Of a DNA stretch of 64,000 nucleotides, positions 27,088-38,084 are shown piece by piece. The stretch lies in IMG/VR virus record IMGVR_UViG_3300026097_000011, positions 64,001-128,000 of that record. One strand, given 5' to 3'. Position 1 is the stretch's first letter. Every line of letters begins with the position of its first letter. Under the pieces are notes generated by a model. That model saw nothing but the letters and a program-made list of their open reading frames with translations, was not told the origin of the DNA and did not search any database. Origin of the DNA: a virus. Made by a program: the position numbers and the translations under genes.

Positions 27088-30000
27088 TTACAAATAAGAT
27101 CTAAAAAAGCCTACTTGATCTGCTCCTGTTTTAATAAATTCATCTAAGAACACTAAAAGTAATATATTCTTTGCAGTTAATCTTTCCCATGGAGGAACAT
27201 CATCTGCACTTAAAATTGGATGAATTTGTTTAATTGAACCAAGTGCTCCTGCTACTCCAGCGCTCGCTACTAATAATCCTGCGACTGGATTATTCACAAC
27301 TGGAGAAAGTGCAGTTTTTAATATACTAGATGCAGTTCGTACCGCCTGTTCACTTATAACAAATTGAGACTTAGATTTAGGTATTGAGAATTTTAATTGT
27401 CCCTTTGCTATAAATAATGCTTCGGCAACTTTACCATATGGTGGAAAATTAAATACAGTACTCTCCAAAACATTTAAATCTAATCCTTTTCCTGTTTTAA
27501 TATGTGGAGCATTTATAATTGCATAATATGGTTTTAGTGCATCTTCTAATTTGTCAGTCATTGAGTCTATGAATTTTTTCATAAACGCCTTTATATCATT
27601 TGGATTAGAGTATATAAAATCTGTATCTAAAGGTTGAGAATTTTTAGATAATAGATTATTATTTAAATACTCTCTAATAGCAGATTTAATGATAGGTTTA
27701 ACAATTGATAGATTAATAGATGTCTGTTTGCTAAGTTGTTGTTTTGCTAAAATTTGAGGAAAGCTAGCCTGTTGCATTGATAATGATCCAAGTATTCCAC
27801 TAAACATATCAGTCCCAGCTTGTAAATTTAATTCGGGTTTAGGAATAGATAGCGACGTTGGTATTGCAGTTTTTATAATATTTAATAGTCCAAGTCGCAT
27901 ATCTCTAGCTGAAATATTAGTCTTTCCTCCAAATAGTGATTTTAACTCAGCTTCTGACATATTATCTATTACGTCTTTAACTAATCCTACCCCCTGTGAT
28001 ATTGCTGCATCTACTAGCGGTGGAAATGGAAATCCAATTGAAAATGGAGGCTTAGGGCAGCATTTAGCAAATGGATCTATTGATATACTCACACCTGCTA
28101 GTGATGATATTATGGCTGGAGTAAGTGATAGGGTTTGTTTAACTCTATCTGATTCCATTGCCTTTGATAATTCTCCTTGAGTTTTATCAAGTTTTTCTTT
28201 TGCTTTAGCCTGTTCATCGTTACTTTTAGATTTTGATGCTTCTACTTCATCATTTGCTTTTCTAAGTTTATTAGTAGCAGATCCAGAATCAACAGGTAGA
28301 GATCCTTTTCCCTTTGCTTTATTTGCAACTTTATCTATTGCATCCTTCATTAACTCTCTTATTTTATCTATATCTTCATTAATATTTGTATTTATAGATT
28401 CTATTGCAGATTCAATATCTTGTTTATATTTTGCAATCGCAACACTAAACATGTTTTTAATAGTCACAGCTTGATTTGATATAAATTCCCTGTCATTACT
28501 ACTTGCCATTTCATCAGCTTTATTCTGAGCCTCATCTGTTACCTCTGGATTAGGATTAAGTTTATCAGGCTCCTTTGGAAGTATAATTTTAGAAAATATT
28601 ATTTTATCAAAGTAATCAAGTAAATCTTCAATATATGCATTTATCTTATCATCAATATTTAATCCATCAGATTTAAGCTTTTCATTTATTTCTTTAACTT
28701 TAGAAGTTTCACCATTTTCCATGGCTTTTAATTTTGCAGCTTTGAGTTCTTCTCTTCTTTTAAATGATTGTTCTTTTAGTTTATTAATTCTATTAATTAC
28801 TGGCTTTCCGAGATCATCCATTGTTTTGAATATTTTTTTCTTAATATTCTCAACCATTTCTTCTACTTTTTCTCCTTTATCTGCTACTTCTTCCATTTTA
28901 GTAGATTCAGGCTTTGCTTTATCAATTGCTTGTTTTTTGATATTTGCTATTTCTTTTTCTGCTTTATATATCCTAACTGAATCTCCGGAGGCTTTTGCTT
29001 CTTTTAATTTTTGTTCTAATATTTGGATTCTTTCTTTTTCATTTTCATTTAATAGTTCATCTGGTTCGAGAGTTGGAACCTTAGTGATATCTAATTTAGA
29101 CTGAGTTGATAGTGGAATTTTAATAATTGGTTTTATTAGCTCATCTTCAGAATCAGATCCAAATTTCTCAGAAGATCCCCTAACTGTAATCAAATGTTGT
29201 TTATATCCAGAAGCTGACATAAAAAATACGACTGGTGATATAAATATCCCATTTACATTTAAGAACGTTACTAAAACTCCAAGCGGGGTAGATATTGCAA
29301 CTAATGGAACCCATACTTGAGGTAAAGGTATTTTAATTAATTTAGCTGGAGTGGGTATTATTAATCCAACTGGCCAATATCTAAATGTATTGGCATTTTC
29401 AGGGATTGGAAATAATCCTTGGACAGTTGCTAGTTTTGCAAATTCCTTCCAATAACATAGTTGACTAAAATTAGGAAGTGATGTATCAATTCCATTTATA
29501 CTTTCAAAAAACGGATCGCTTCCTAAAACTGATTTTACGTCTTCACATGGATTCTCTTCGTCTGGTATATTACCAAAACATTTTTCATTCTTTTCCTTTA
29601 GTGATGTTTTTATTTTTTCTGCGGTTGGAACATCTTCTAATATTTCTTCTATTCTACGAATTTCATTTTCTAAATCAGCTATTCTTTGGGTGAATATTAT
29701 ATTGGAATTATTAACTGCTTCGATTACAGTTTGTGATCCATCATACATTCCGGTTCCAACTGTTTTAGTACTGCCATCTGGATTAGTAACCTGAGCAGTT
29801 CCAGATTGATTAAACAAATTAATTCTTCCAATTGACAATAGTATTTCTACATCCTGTCTCGCAACTAATTCAAGCTGCGATTTAATCGATGGTAGTTCAG
29901 ATTCAATTATTTGTTCTCTAATTTGCTTGCGTCTGGTTTTGTAAGTTTCATCAAATTCCTGATAAAAATTTTGAAGTTTATCTAAATTACTAATAAAATA

Positions 30001-31239
30001 TTCAGTTCCGTTTTCTTTTTTAGTTTGTAAATCCTGTCCTTCTAATTTTGGATCAAGGTGTATAATATCGGATGTTAGTCCTCGCTCTTCTAGTGTAAAA
30101 AAGTTATTAACCGGATCTTCAAATAAATTATAATATCGAGTATATAAACTTCCTCGTGAATCAAAGTCTTCATTTGCAGGAGTATTTCGTATTGTATAGC
30201 CAGGTCCATCATTAAAAAATGAATTTTTAAGTAGAAAAGGATTATTTTTAATCATAAAATCCTCTTTGTATATTGATTTTTCTCCCGTATTTATATCAAA
30301 ATTTTCTTTATCAAGTGAAATAGAAAATAGTTCTTGATATTTAATATCGAATCCGACTAAGGGATTTGATATAACATCTGTAAAGTTTCCGACTGGAGTC
30401 TTTACATCTAGTGATATATATTCAGAATATCTACTGAGACCATTATTAATTGAGTTTATCGTGCTGTTTGATATAGTGTTTTTAATCTCTCGTACCAATT
30501 CAAGACGCCTAGCTGAGCTTGCATTATCTGCAATATTTGCATATCCATTAATTATACCATTTGTCATAGTTGGATATTTAGCTTCAGCTCCTCTTCTTAA
30601 ATTTTCTTGTTTATTAAATTTAATTTCATTCGCATTTATTATTCCCCAAAGTCTTACTATTTCGGCTTCAGCATCTTCTATTATATCTGAATTAGGAACA
30701 GCTAAACTTTGCTGGTAATTTATTCTAAGTTGTTGATTTGGTATAAGGCTATTTCTATGATAGTCAATGCTATCTCTAAGTCGTTTTTGTTCAGCTAGAA
30801 TAGGAGCAAATTCACCAATAATTATTGCCATTCTATTTGAGCGTTCTTCGTAATAGTATTTTAATGGAACTAGTGTATCTTGTAACTCATATAGACGATT
30901 TACTAAAATATTATATTTAGAATGTTTATCTAATTTTTCCTTTACTTCGGCATTAACTTCTTCTACAGATTCGAGGCAATCTTCTCCATTAAAAATTTCT
31001 TTTTTATTATCTTTAATTATGATTGGAGATTGATCTATATTATCCGCAGGAGCACCTTGGTCGCTACATGATATATCTTCTAAGCTAGTTGCAATTGGTG
31101 CAACAGATGATTCACCTTCACATTTTGAAACTTCAAGTAACTGTTCTAGTTGTTTTTGTGTAAATTTATTATTAACTTCATCTACTGATAATCCAGTGAT
31201 TATTGCTATTTCATTTATTAATAGGTCTAATGATGCCAC
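27088..31239 (-). CDS. Large late protein (1383 aa), probably virion structural; coiled coils with a Pro-rich hydrophobic core
   Basis: Long ORF; ATAAATAA at 31248-31255; RYWPVGLIIPTP..IPLPQVWVPL segment. Confidence 0.6.
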   Translation of the reverse strand: MASLDLLINEIAIITGLSVDEVNNKFTQKQLEQLLEVSKCEGESSVAPIATSLEDISCSDQGAPADNIDQSPIIIKDNKKEIFNGEDCLESVEEVNAEVKEKLDKHSKYNILVNRLYELQDTLVPLKYYYEERSNRMAIIIGEFAPILAEQKRLRDSIDYHRNSLIPNQQLRINYQQSLAVPNSDIIEDAEAEIVRLWGIINANEIKFNKQENLRRGAEAKYPTMTNGIINGYANIADNASSARRLELVREIKNTISNSTINSINNGLSRYSEYISLDVKTPVGNFTDVISNPLVGFDIKYQELFSISLDKENFDINTGEKSIYKEDFMIKNNPFLLKNSFFNDGPGYTIRNTPANEDFDSRGSLYTRYYNLFEDPVNNFFTLEERGLTSDIIHLDPKLEGQDLQTKKENGTEYFISNLDKLQNFYQEFDETYKTRRKQIREQIIESELPSIKSQLELVARQDVEILLSIGRINLFNQSGTAQVTNPDGSTKTVGTGMYDGSQTVIEAVNNSNIIFTQRIADLENEIRRIEEILEDVPTAEKIKTSLKEKNEKCFGNIPDEENPCEDVKSVLGSDPFFESINGIDTSLPNFSQLCYWKEFAKLATVQGLFPIPENANTFRYWPVGLIIPTPAKLIKIPLPQVWVPLVAISTPLGVLVTFLNVNGIFISPVVFFMSASGYKQHLITVRGSSEKFGSDSEDELIKPIIKIPLSTQSKLDITKVPTLEPDELLNENEKERIQILEQKLKEAKASGDSVRIYKAEKEIANIKKQAIDKAKPESTKMEEVADKGEKVEEMVENIKKKIFKTMDDLGKPVINRINKLKEQSFKRREELKAAKLKAMENGETSKVKEINEKLKSDGLNIDDKINAYIEDLLDYFDKIIFSKIILPKEPDKLNPNPEVTDEAQNKADEMASSNDREFISNQAVTIKNMFSVAIAKYKQDIESAIESINTNINEDIDKIRELMKDAIDKVANKAKGKGSLPVDSGSATNKLRKANDEVEASKSKSNDEQAKAKEKLDKTQGELSKAMESDRVKQTLSLTPAIISSLAGVSISIDPFAKCCPKPPFSIGFPFPPLVDAAISQGVGLVKDVIDNMSEAELKSLFGGKTNISARDMRLGLLNIIKTAIPTSLSIPKPELNLQAGTDMFSGILGSLSMQQASFPQILAKQQLSKQTSINLSIVKPIIKSAIREYLNNNLLSKNSQPLDTDFIYSNPNDIKAFMKKFIDSMTDKLEDALKPYYAIINAPHIKTGKGLDLNVLESTVFNFPPYGKVAEALFIAKGQLKFSIPKSKSQFVISEQAVRTASSILKTALSPVVNNPVAGLLVASAGVAGALGSIKQIHPILSADDVPPWERLTAKNILLLVFLDEFIKTGADQVGFFRSYL

Positions 31240-31262
31240 TTTTATTCTTATTTATTTAAACA

Positions 31263-31289
31263 CAAAAGCCCTCATTAAGAGAGCTTTTG
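31263..31289 (-). terminator. Intrinsic terminator after groEL
   Basis: CAAAAGCcCTC-attaa-GAGaGCTTTTG imperfect stem. Confidence 0.65.
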
Positions 31290-31313
31290 GTTGAGAAAAG
31301 GTAAAGAAGTAAT

Positions 31314-32927
<1,614 letters not shown>

Positions 32928-32934
32928 TTAGTTT

Positions 32935-32962
32935 ATTATACAAGTACATTAGATAAAAGTTT
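32935..32962 (-). promoter_or_regulatory. Pre-late promoter AAAC-N17-GTATAAT upstream of groEL
   Basis: Minus strand aaac-ttttatctaatgtactt-gtataat. Confidence 0.7.
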
Positions 32963-33762
32963 TATAATACAAAATTATTTTTTTCAAGAAATTCCCTGAG
33001 CCTATCTCTCAAATCTAAAGTTTTGTATAGTTTTGGTTTATCTGGACCAATCCATACTAAAAATCCACCTTTTGTTTCGAACCCTTGTTCTTCTAGCATC
33101 AGTCGGTACATGCTTATTTGAATAGAATATCCATTTAAATTATTATCCCATAAATCTTCGAATGGATATAATAATTTCTGACGGCGCCCATCTTTATGAT
33201 TATCATCTGTAAACTTCTTATTTGTCTTCCAGTCTCCAATGTAGAAATAAGGATCTAGGTAAAATAGAACATCTAATGTGCCGGCGATTCCCCATTTTCT
33301 TGAAAATATTCTAAGTTCTTGATGTTTTGCTTCTAATGAATGGAGACGCTCTTCATATACCTTTTTGAATTTTTGAATTCTATCATATATACGTTCTTCC
33401 CATGTTCCCATTGGATCATGCCCGCCTACTGATTCCATTAGATCAAGCTGTGGTTCTTCTGGATTTTTACCATTATAATAGTCTTCAATCCATTCATGGA
33501 CAAAGGTACCTAAATCAGTTCCTTCTTTTGCAGTTCCAGCCCACTCTTCAAGAATAGCCTCTCTTGTTGTATTTCTAGATTTAGCAACATATCCAGCGAT
33601 TCTATGAGAATCAAAGGGTTTCTTAAACTGACTAATAAAACCGGAAACCGATTCAAACAATTGAACCGGCTTTCCTGTTTCAGGATTTATGTAAGTATAT
33701 TGGTGCGCTTCTGGATCAAATTTAAAATTCGGATCCTTAAAATATTCTAACTTATCTAACAT
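32962..33762 (-). CDS. PD-(D/E)XK exonuclease (RecB/Cas4-like)
   Basis: H.Y, GTFVH..IE, E, AGTLD, IGDWKT, YSIQISMY. Confidence 0.82.
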   Translation of the reverse strand: MLDKLEYFKDPNFKFDPEAHQYTYINPETGKPVQLFESVSGFISQFKKPFDSHRIAGYVAKSRNTTREAILEEWAGTAKEGTDLGTFVHEWIEDYYNGKNPEEPQLDLMESVGGHDPMGTWEERIYDRIQKFKKVYEERLHSLEAKHQELRIFSRKWGIAGTLDVLFYLDPYFYIGDWKTNKKFTDDNHKDGRRQKLLYPFEDLWDNNLNGYSIQISMYRLMLEEQGFETKGGFLVWIGPDKPKLYKTLDLRDRLREFLEKNNFVL

Positions 33763-34502
33763 TAATTGATTTGACTTTCAAATCCATCTAGTTGATTTAG
33801 TCCTGACATTTTTAATAATGCTTGTGCTAATGCATAAACATCTTTTTCGCAATATTTTGCGATTCTTGCATATTCTTGATTTTCCCAGAATACTCCACTA
33901 ACTTCTTCTCCTCTGATATCATCCTTTGGGGAATCTAATCCAAGAGCAGTCATTATTAATTCAAGTGAAGCAAAACCTTCCTGCCATGCTCCAAAACTCC
34001 AATTGTCTGAAGTATCGATGAATGGCATTTCCCATGGTTTCTTATTATGAACTTGTAAATATTCAGGAAGCTTGTAGCCATTTATTAATAATCTCTTACA
34101 CATAACCGGAACATCAAACCTCTTGACATTATGGCCAGTCATTTTGAATTTATTAAACTTAATAGCTACGTTTTCAATGCCATCAAGTATTTCCATTTCA
34201 TCATTTCCATAATATGATTTTATAATCATGGACGGAGTGAGTCCATCCCATGTTATTCTTCCAAATGAAGCACATACTATTCTGTTAAATTCTGGAACAA
34301 GTGCTGCTTTATCATCATATAATTCAGCATTTGATTTTTCTCCATTATCTTCTGGCCATCTACTTCTTAGATATTCGCATCTATTTGCCCAAAGCTTTCC
34401 CATTCTAGGATTAGCTAATTCTAGAGCTTCTAAGTTTTTGTATTCTGATGCTGTTTCTAAATCAAAGAAAAGCATTCCCGTTAGTTCGTCTTGTGTGTAC
34501 AT
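33762..34502 (-). CDS. Stand-alone DEDD 3'-5' exonuclease (PolB-exo2-like)
   Basis: FFDLET, GHNVKRFDVP, KKPWE..IDT, YCEKDV. Confidence 0.85.
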   Translation of the reverse strand: MYTQDELTGMLFFDLETASEYKNLEALELANPRMGKLWANRCEYLRSRWPEDNGEKSNAELYDDKAALVPEFNRIVCASFGRITWDGLTPSMIIKSYYGNDEMEILDGIENVAIKFNKFKMTGHNVKRFDVPVMCKRLLINGYKLPEYLQVHNKKPWEMPFIDTSDNWSFGAWQEGFASLELIMTALGLDSPKDDIRGEEVSGVFWENQEYARIAKYCEKDVYALAQALLKMSGLNQLDGFESQIN

Positions 34503-34530
34503 TTTATATTATTTTATTTTTAATTTAAGT

Positions 34531-35124
34531 TTAGCCTAGAGTATTACCTATAATCACTTCACCTATTGTTCCATTTACATCACACGACACAGTTGAGCTA
34601 TCTGTGATTCCATTTTCTCCAGTAAGCTGAAACACAGCACTGTATGTTATTGTTGTATTTGCAAAATGATCTGATATTTGTTTTCTACATTCTATATCTA
34701 TTGATCCTCCACCTGCTTCCAATTCAATAACAGATAAAGAAATAGGAGAATTATCCCATGTCGTATCTCCTAATCTTCTGTATTGCCATTCAGATATTGA
34801 TCCATTCGCTACTGAATCGACCTGTACTTCCAATGGTAAATTAAATATTCCAGAATAATTGACGGTTAATATACCAGTTGAGGTGACAGTATATGATTCT
34901 GAATCATAATCATAAGATCCTAAATCAAGAGTATTAGGAGAAAGAATAGCGCTTGGTATAAATTCTTCGTCATATGGGACAAACTCAACTCCAACTGGAG
35001 TAAAGTTATCCTTTTCAGTTCCTATAAATGATCTATACAGCCATCCACCGGGAACACGCTTAACAGTATTATATCTGTCAATTTCTAATTCTTCATGAAG
35101 GCCCATTGTATATATTGTAGCCAT
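34531..35124 (-). CDS. Hypothetical protein: RVPGGWLY module fused to a beta-rich domain
   Basis: N-terminal IY..GLHE..RVPGGWLY..FVPY module plus Ser/Thr/Val-rich C-terminal domain. Confidence 0.6.
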   Translation of the reverse strand: MATIYTMGLHEELEIDRYNTVKRVPGGWLYRSFIGTEKDNFTPVGVEFVPYDEEFIPSAILSPNTLDLGSYDYDSESYTVTSTGILTVNYSGIFNLPLEVQVDSVANGSISEWQYRRLGDTTWDNSPISLSVIELEAGGGSIDIECRKQISDHFANTTITYSAVFQLTGENGITDSSTVSCDVNGTIGEVIIGNTLG

Positions 35125-35444
35125 TATCCTTTATTATTTTCTTCTACTACTTCATTTGTAGGTTCAGGTCGAGTTGAAACTGCTCTTCCTTCCATTTTTT
35201 CCCAGTCTTTATTTTGACGTACAATCATATTTGTAACTTGGGCTCCAGTAATAGTAGGAAGACCTAATCCTAGTTTTTGAGAAACGTGTAAGATAGCACT
35301 TAAATCCTTTGGAAAACAATTATGTGTAATTATATCAGATTTTCCTTCAACCCAAAACAAATCATCATCTACTCTATTTGAATTTAATTCAAGATTATAT
35401 ACGTCTCCTTTAAATTCAGTTCTTTCTATTTTAGTTATTTTCAT
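35124..35444 (-). CDS. Split intein C-half (42 aa, ending THN) fused to the UDP-glucose dehydrogenase C-extein (CFPKD...)
   Basis: MKITKIER..VYNLEL (block F) ... ITHN|CFPKDLSA. Confidence 0.9.
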   Translation of the reverse strand: MKITKIERTEFKGDVYNLELNSNRVDDDLFWVEGKSDIITHNCFPKDLSAILHVSQKLGLGLPTITGAQVTNMIVRQNKDWEKMEGRAVSTRPEPTNEVVEENNKG

Positions 35445-35448
35445 ATTA

Positions 35449-36210
35449 TTATACTTTATTTTCTATTAATTTTTCAAGTTCGTCTTTAAATATTAGACGA
35501 ACATTATTACCTTGGTTTTTAAGCGCCTCAAATTTATCAATCTGGAATGTATAGTGAAATTTATTTTTTATATCAACATATTGATTCCATTCATGAACGA
35601 AAAAATCAGGATAATATGATTTATTTTCACCATTTAGCTCATATGATATTCTTCCCTTATGGCAGTCAAATGTTAAATCCTTTGAATCTAGCCATTTTAT
35701 AAATGCAAGTTCCCATGTTCCTTGTACTTTATATGTAGTTCCATTTGAATGTAAATATTCGTACCATTTAGATTGACCAACTTTGACTCCGTTATATTTA
35801 CCATCTGCCCATGCTTTAGCTGTATATTTTGAAATATTATCTCTAAATTCCTGAGTCATTAAAGTCTTTCTAGTTTTAGATGCTTTAATTCTTGAATCTA
35901 ATCTTTTCATACCATTAGATTCACCAATATTGATCTTTCCTTTTTTTGAATTGGAATTTCTAATTTTCCAGTCTGGATCGTTTTTAATCATCATATTAAT
36001 AGCATTTGACATTCTATCTCTAGCTCTTTTAGTTTTTTGCCGCATTTTTTGCCAACATTCTTTACAATAATCTTTATCGAAATCTGGATTATTTTTTAAT
36101 AATGTTTGATGAGATTTCATATTACGATCGTCTATTTTATTACAATTGTCGCATTTAAATATTATTCTGGTTTTAGTATTTAATTTATTATCTGAGTATT
36201 GAATTAGCAT
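35449..36210 (-). mobile_element. Free-standing putative homing endonuclease (Zn finger, NUMOD3-like segment, PD-(D/E)XK domain)
   Basis: CDNC..CKEC, KGKINIGESNGM, QGTWE..F, YYPDF..YVDIK; lies between the intein halves. Confidence 0.8.
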
Positions 36211-37288
36211 TAGAGGTCAGTGTTTTCTTATTATTTATTTCTGACCAATTATAAAATTCATCAGTTTCAACTATGTCCTTAGCCATAGATAGAACAAGTG
36301 TTCCATTTCTTAAAACTGGGAAAATATGTTCAGGGGTACATTCTATATTAGATCCATCATGCATTGTGAATGAATATAAACATCCTTCAAATTGATTTTT
36401 AGTTACTTTTTTTACAATCTTAGTTTCCTCAGATTCTATATTGTTATCAAATGAAATAACTTCTATAAGTTCACCATTTTCATATTTATTGTATAAATCA
36501 AATAGGGACTTATTTCCGTCTGGAGTAGCTACTTCATAATGTCCAGGAAAACAATGTCCTCCAAATCCTCTGTCTCCATCTGGACCCGGTACGTTATAGT
36601 GGGAATTTCCAATTCTAGGATCATGCATCGTTGCTTCTATTACATCGTCATATTTGATATCTAACTTTTCACAAAGAGAGTAAATATCATTAAAGAAGCT
36701 GACTTTAGTTGCTAGAAAAAGGTTAGTTGTGTACTTTGTCATTTCTGCTTCTTTTGAATTGACAATGATTATTTCTGCACCTGGGAGTCCCTTTTGAAAT
36801 ATTTCCCTAACTGGATCCACATATTCCATGTAGTCTATTCCAAGAACTACTCTTGTTTGATTTTTGAAATCTTCAATAGCATTTGCCTCAGTTAAAAATT
36901 CAGGACTAAATGTAACACCTACTCTATTTGATAAGCCATTTAACATCTCTGTTGTTCCAGGTGGAACTGTTGATTTTACAATGGTGATTACGTTTTTATC
37001 TTGAATTTCTGCTTCTTTTGCTATGTCTTCGATAACTGATTCTACGATTCTAGTATCACATTCTCCATCTTCAAACATTGGAGTTGGAACACATACAAAT
37101 ATAACTTCGCAGTTTTCAACTAACATCTTTATATCTATGCTATTTTTATCAACAAATCCATTCGTTATAATTGATTTAGTTGAATCCTTGTCGTACGCAA
37201 AAACAGTAAATGTTTTACTAAGCTCAGTCATTACTGCGGATCCTACGAATCCCTGTCCAATTATTCCTATATTTGCTAATTCTTTCAT
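36188..37288 (-). CDS. UDP-glucose/GDP-mannose dehydrogenase N-extein (245 aa) fused to split intein N-half (121 aa)
   Basis: GQGFVG, CVPTP, KSTVPPGT, SPEFL, K..N.FLATKVSF, D.RIG, GFGGH|CFPG intein block A, CTPEH block B. Confidence 0.9.
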   Translation of the reverse strand: MKELANIGIIGQGFVGSAVMTELSKTFTVFAYDKDSTKSIITNGFVDKNSIDIKMLVENCEVIFVCVPTPMFEDGECDTRIVESVIEDIAKEAEIQDKNVITIVKSTVPPGTTEMLNGLSNRVGVTFSPEFLTEANAIEDFKNQTRVVLGIDYMEYVDPVREIFQKGLPGAEIIIVNSKEAEMTKYTTNLFLATKVSFFNDIYSLCEKLDIKYDDVIEATMHDPRIGNSHYNVPGPDGDRGFGGHCFPGHYEVATPDGNKSLFDLYNKYENGELIEVISFDNNIESEETKIVKKVTKNQFEGCLYSFTMHDGSNIECTPEHIFPVLRNGTLVLSMAKDIVETDEFYNWSEINNKKTLTSNANSILR

Positions 37289-37332
37289 ATTAATTCTTTC
37301 AATCTTTTACTAAGTTTTTAACAATAGTTTTA

Positions 37333-37528
37333 TTACTTATCTAATTTACAATCATCTAAGTCTTTGACTTTTCCATGATATGTTTTTCGATATGCGTGTA
37401 CTGTTTTAATAGGAAGGAATAATTCCAAATATAGCTAGTTTTATTCTAGTTACTTTTACTTGAATTCGTCCCATTTTTTTATGATAGCGATTTTCTAGTC
37501 TACTTTTTCTTTTTACTTTTATTATCAT
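37333..37528 (-). pseudogene. Small gene frameshifted by a 4-bp duplication
   Basis: MIIKVKRKSRLENRYHKK...GIIP then stop; removing one AGGA at 37411-37418 gives a 63-aa ORF ending IKTVHAYRKTYHGKVKDLDDCKLDK. Confidence 0.6.
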
Positions 37529-37529
37529 G

Positions 37530-38084
37530 TTAACAAAATTCGCTTGATGATGATACTCTAAGTCCATCTACTAATCTATCATAATGATCACTTCCAGAAA
37601 ACATAGTTCTAGGTTTTCCTTGATCATCAAATTGTTCTTTGTAGTATTTTTCTCCGGCATACCATCCATCAGGTTGACCCCATTCAAGAGCCATTTGGAT
37701 AAACTCTTCAACATCATGTTCAGTTCCATATTCGTCTACTATTCTACCCGATCTAATAAACTCAAGAAGTTCTTTTTTATTTGTATAGAATTTATCATCA
37801 TTAAAGTTCCAGCAAAATAGCCACCCAGTACTTCTTTTTCCGACATGAATATTTGTCTTATTTACAAATTCATCCCATGGAGACATTTTATCCCATTCAT
37901 TGTCTAGTATTCCAATCGTTTTGAATTCATTAGATATGATATGAGCTCTCATGTCTATATCCATGACTCTCTCTTGTAAAACACCCTTGCGGCGTTTCAT
38001 TTCTTCTTCTGTTGGTATTCTATAAAAATTTGTTCCCATATTACATTGATATTCCTCCGTGAATAGTTTTAGCGTCAATATCAC
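37530..38084 (-). CDS. Phage hypothetical protein (likely start MGTNFY at 38039)
   Basis: MGTNFY, HVGKRSTGWLFCW, IVDEYG, EFC motifs of a recurring phage family. Confidence 0.7.
   Translation of the reverse strand: MILTLKLFTEEYQCNMGTNFYRIPTEEEMKRRKGVLQERVMDIDMRAHIISNEFKTIGILDNEWDKMSPWDEFVNKTNIHVGKRSTGWLFCWNFNDDKFYTNKKELLEFIRSGRIVDEYGTEHDVEEFIQMALEWGQPDGWYAGEKYYKEQFDDQGKPRTMFSGSDHYDRLVDGLRVSSSSEFC

Noticed and set aside
35124-37288. Group I intron explanation for the interrupted UGDH
   Set aside because: Both flanks encode clear protein-splicing motifs (Cys1, TxxH, HN-Cys) and there is no non-coding space for a ribozyme core
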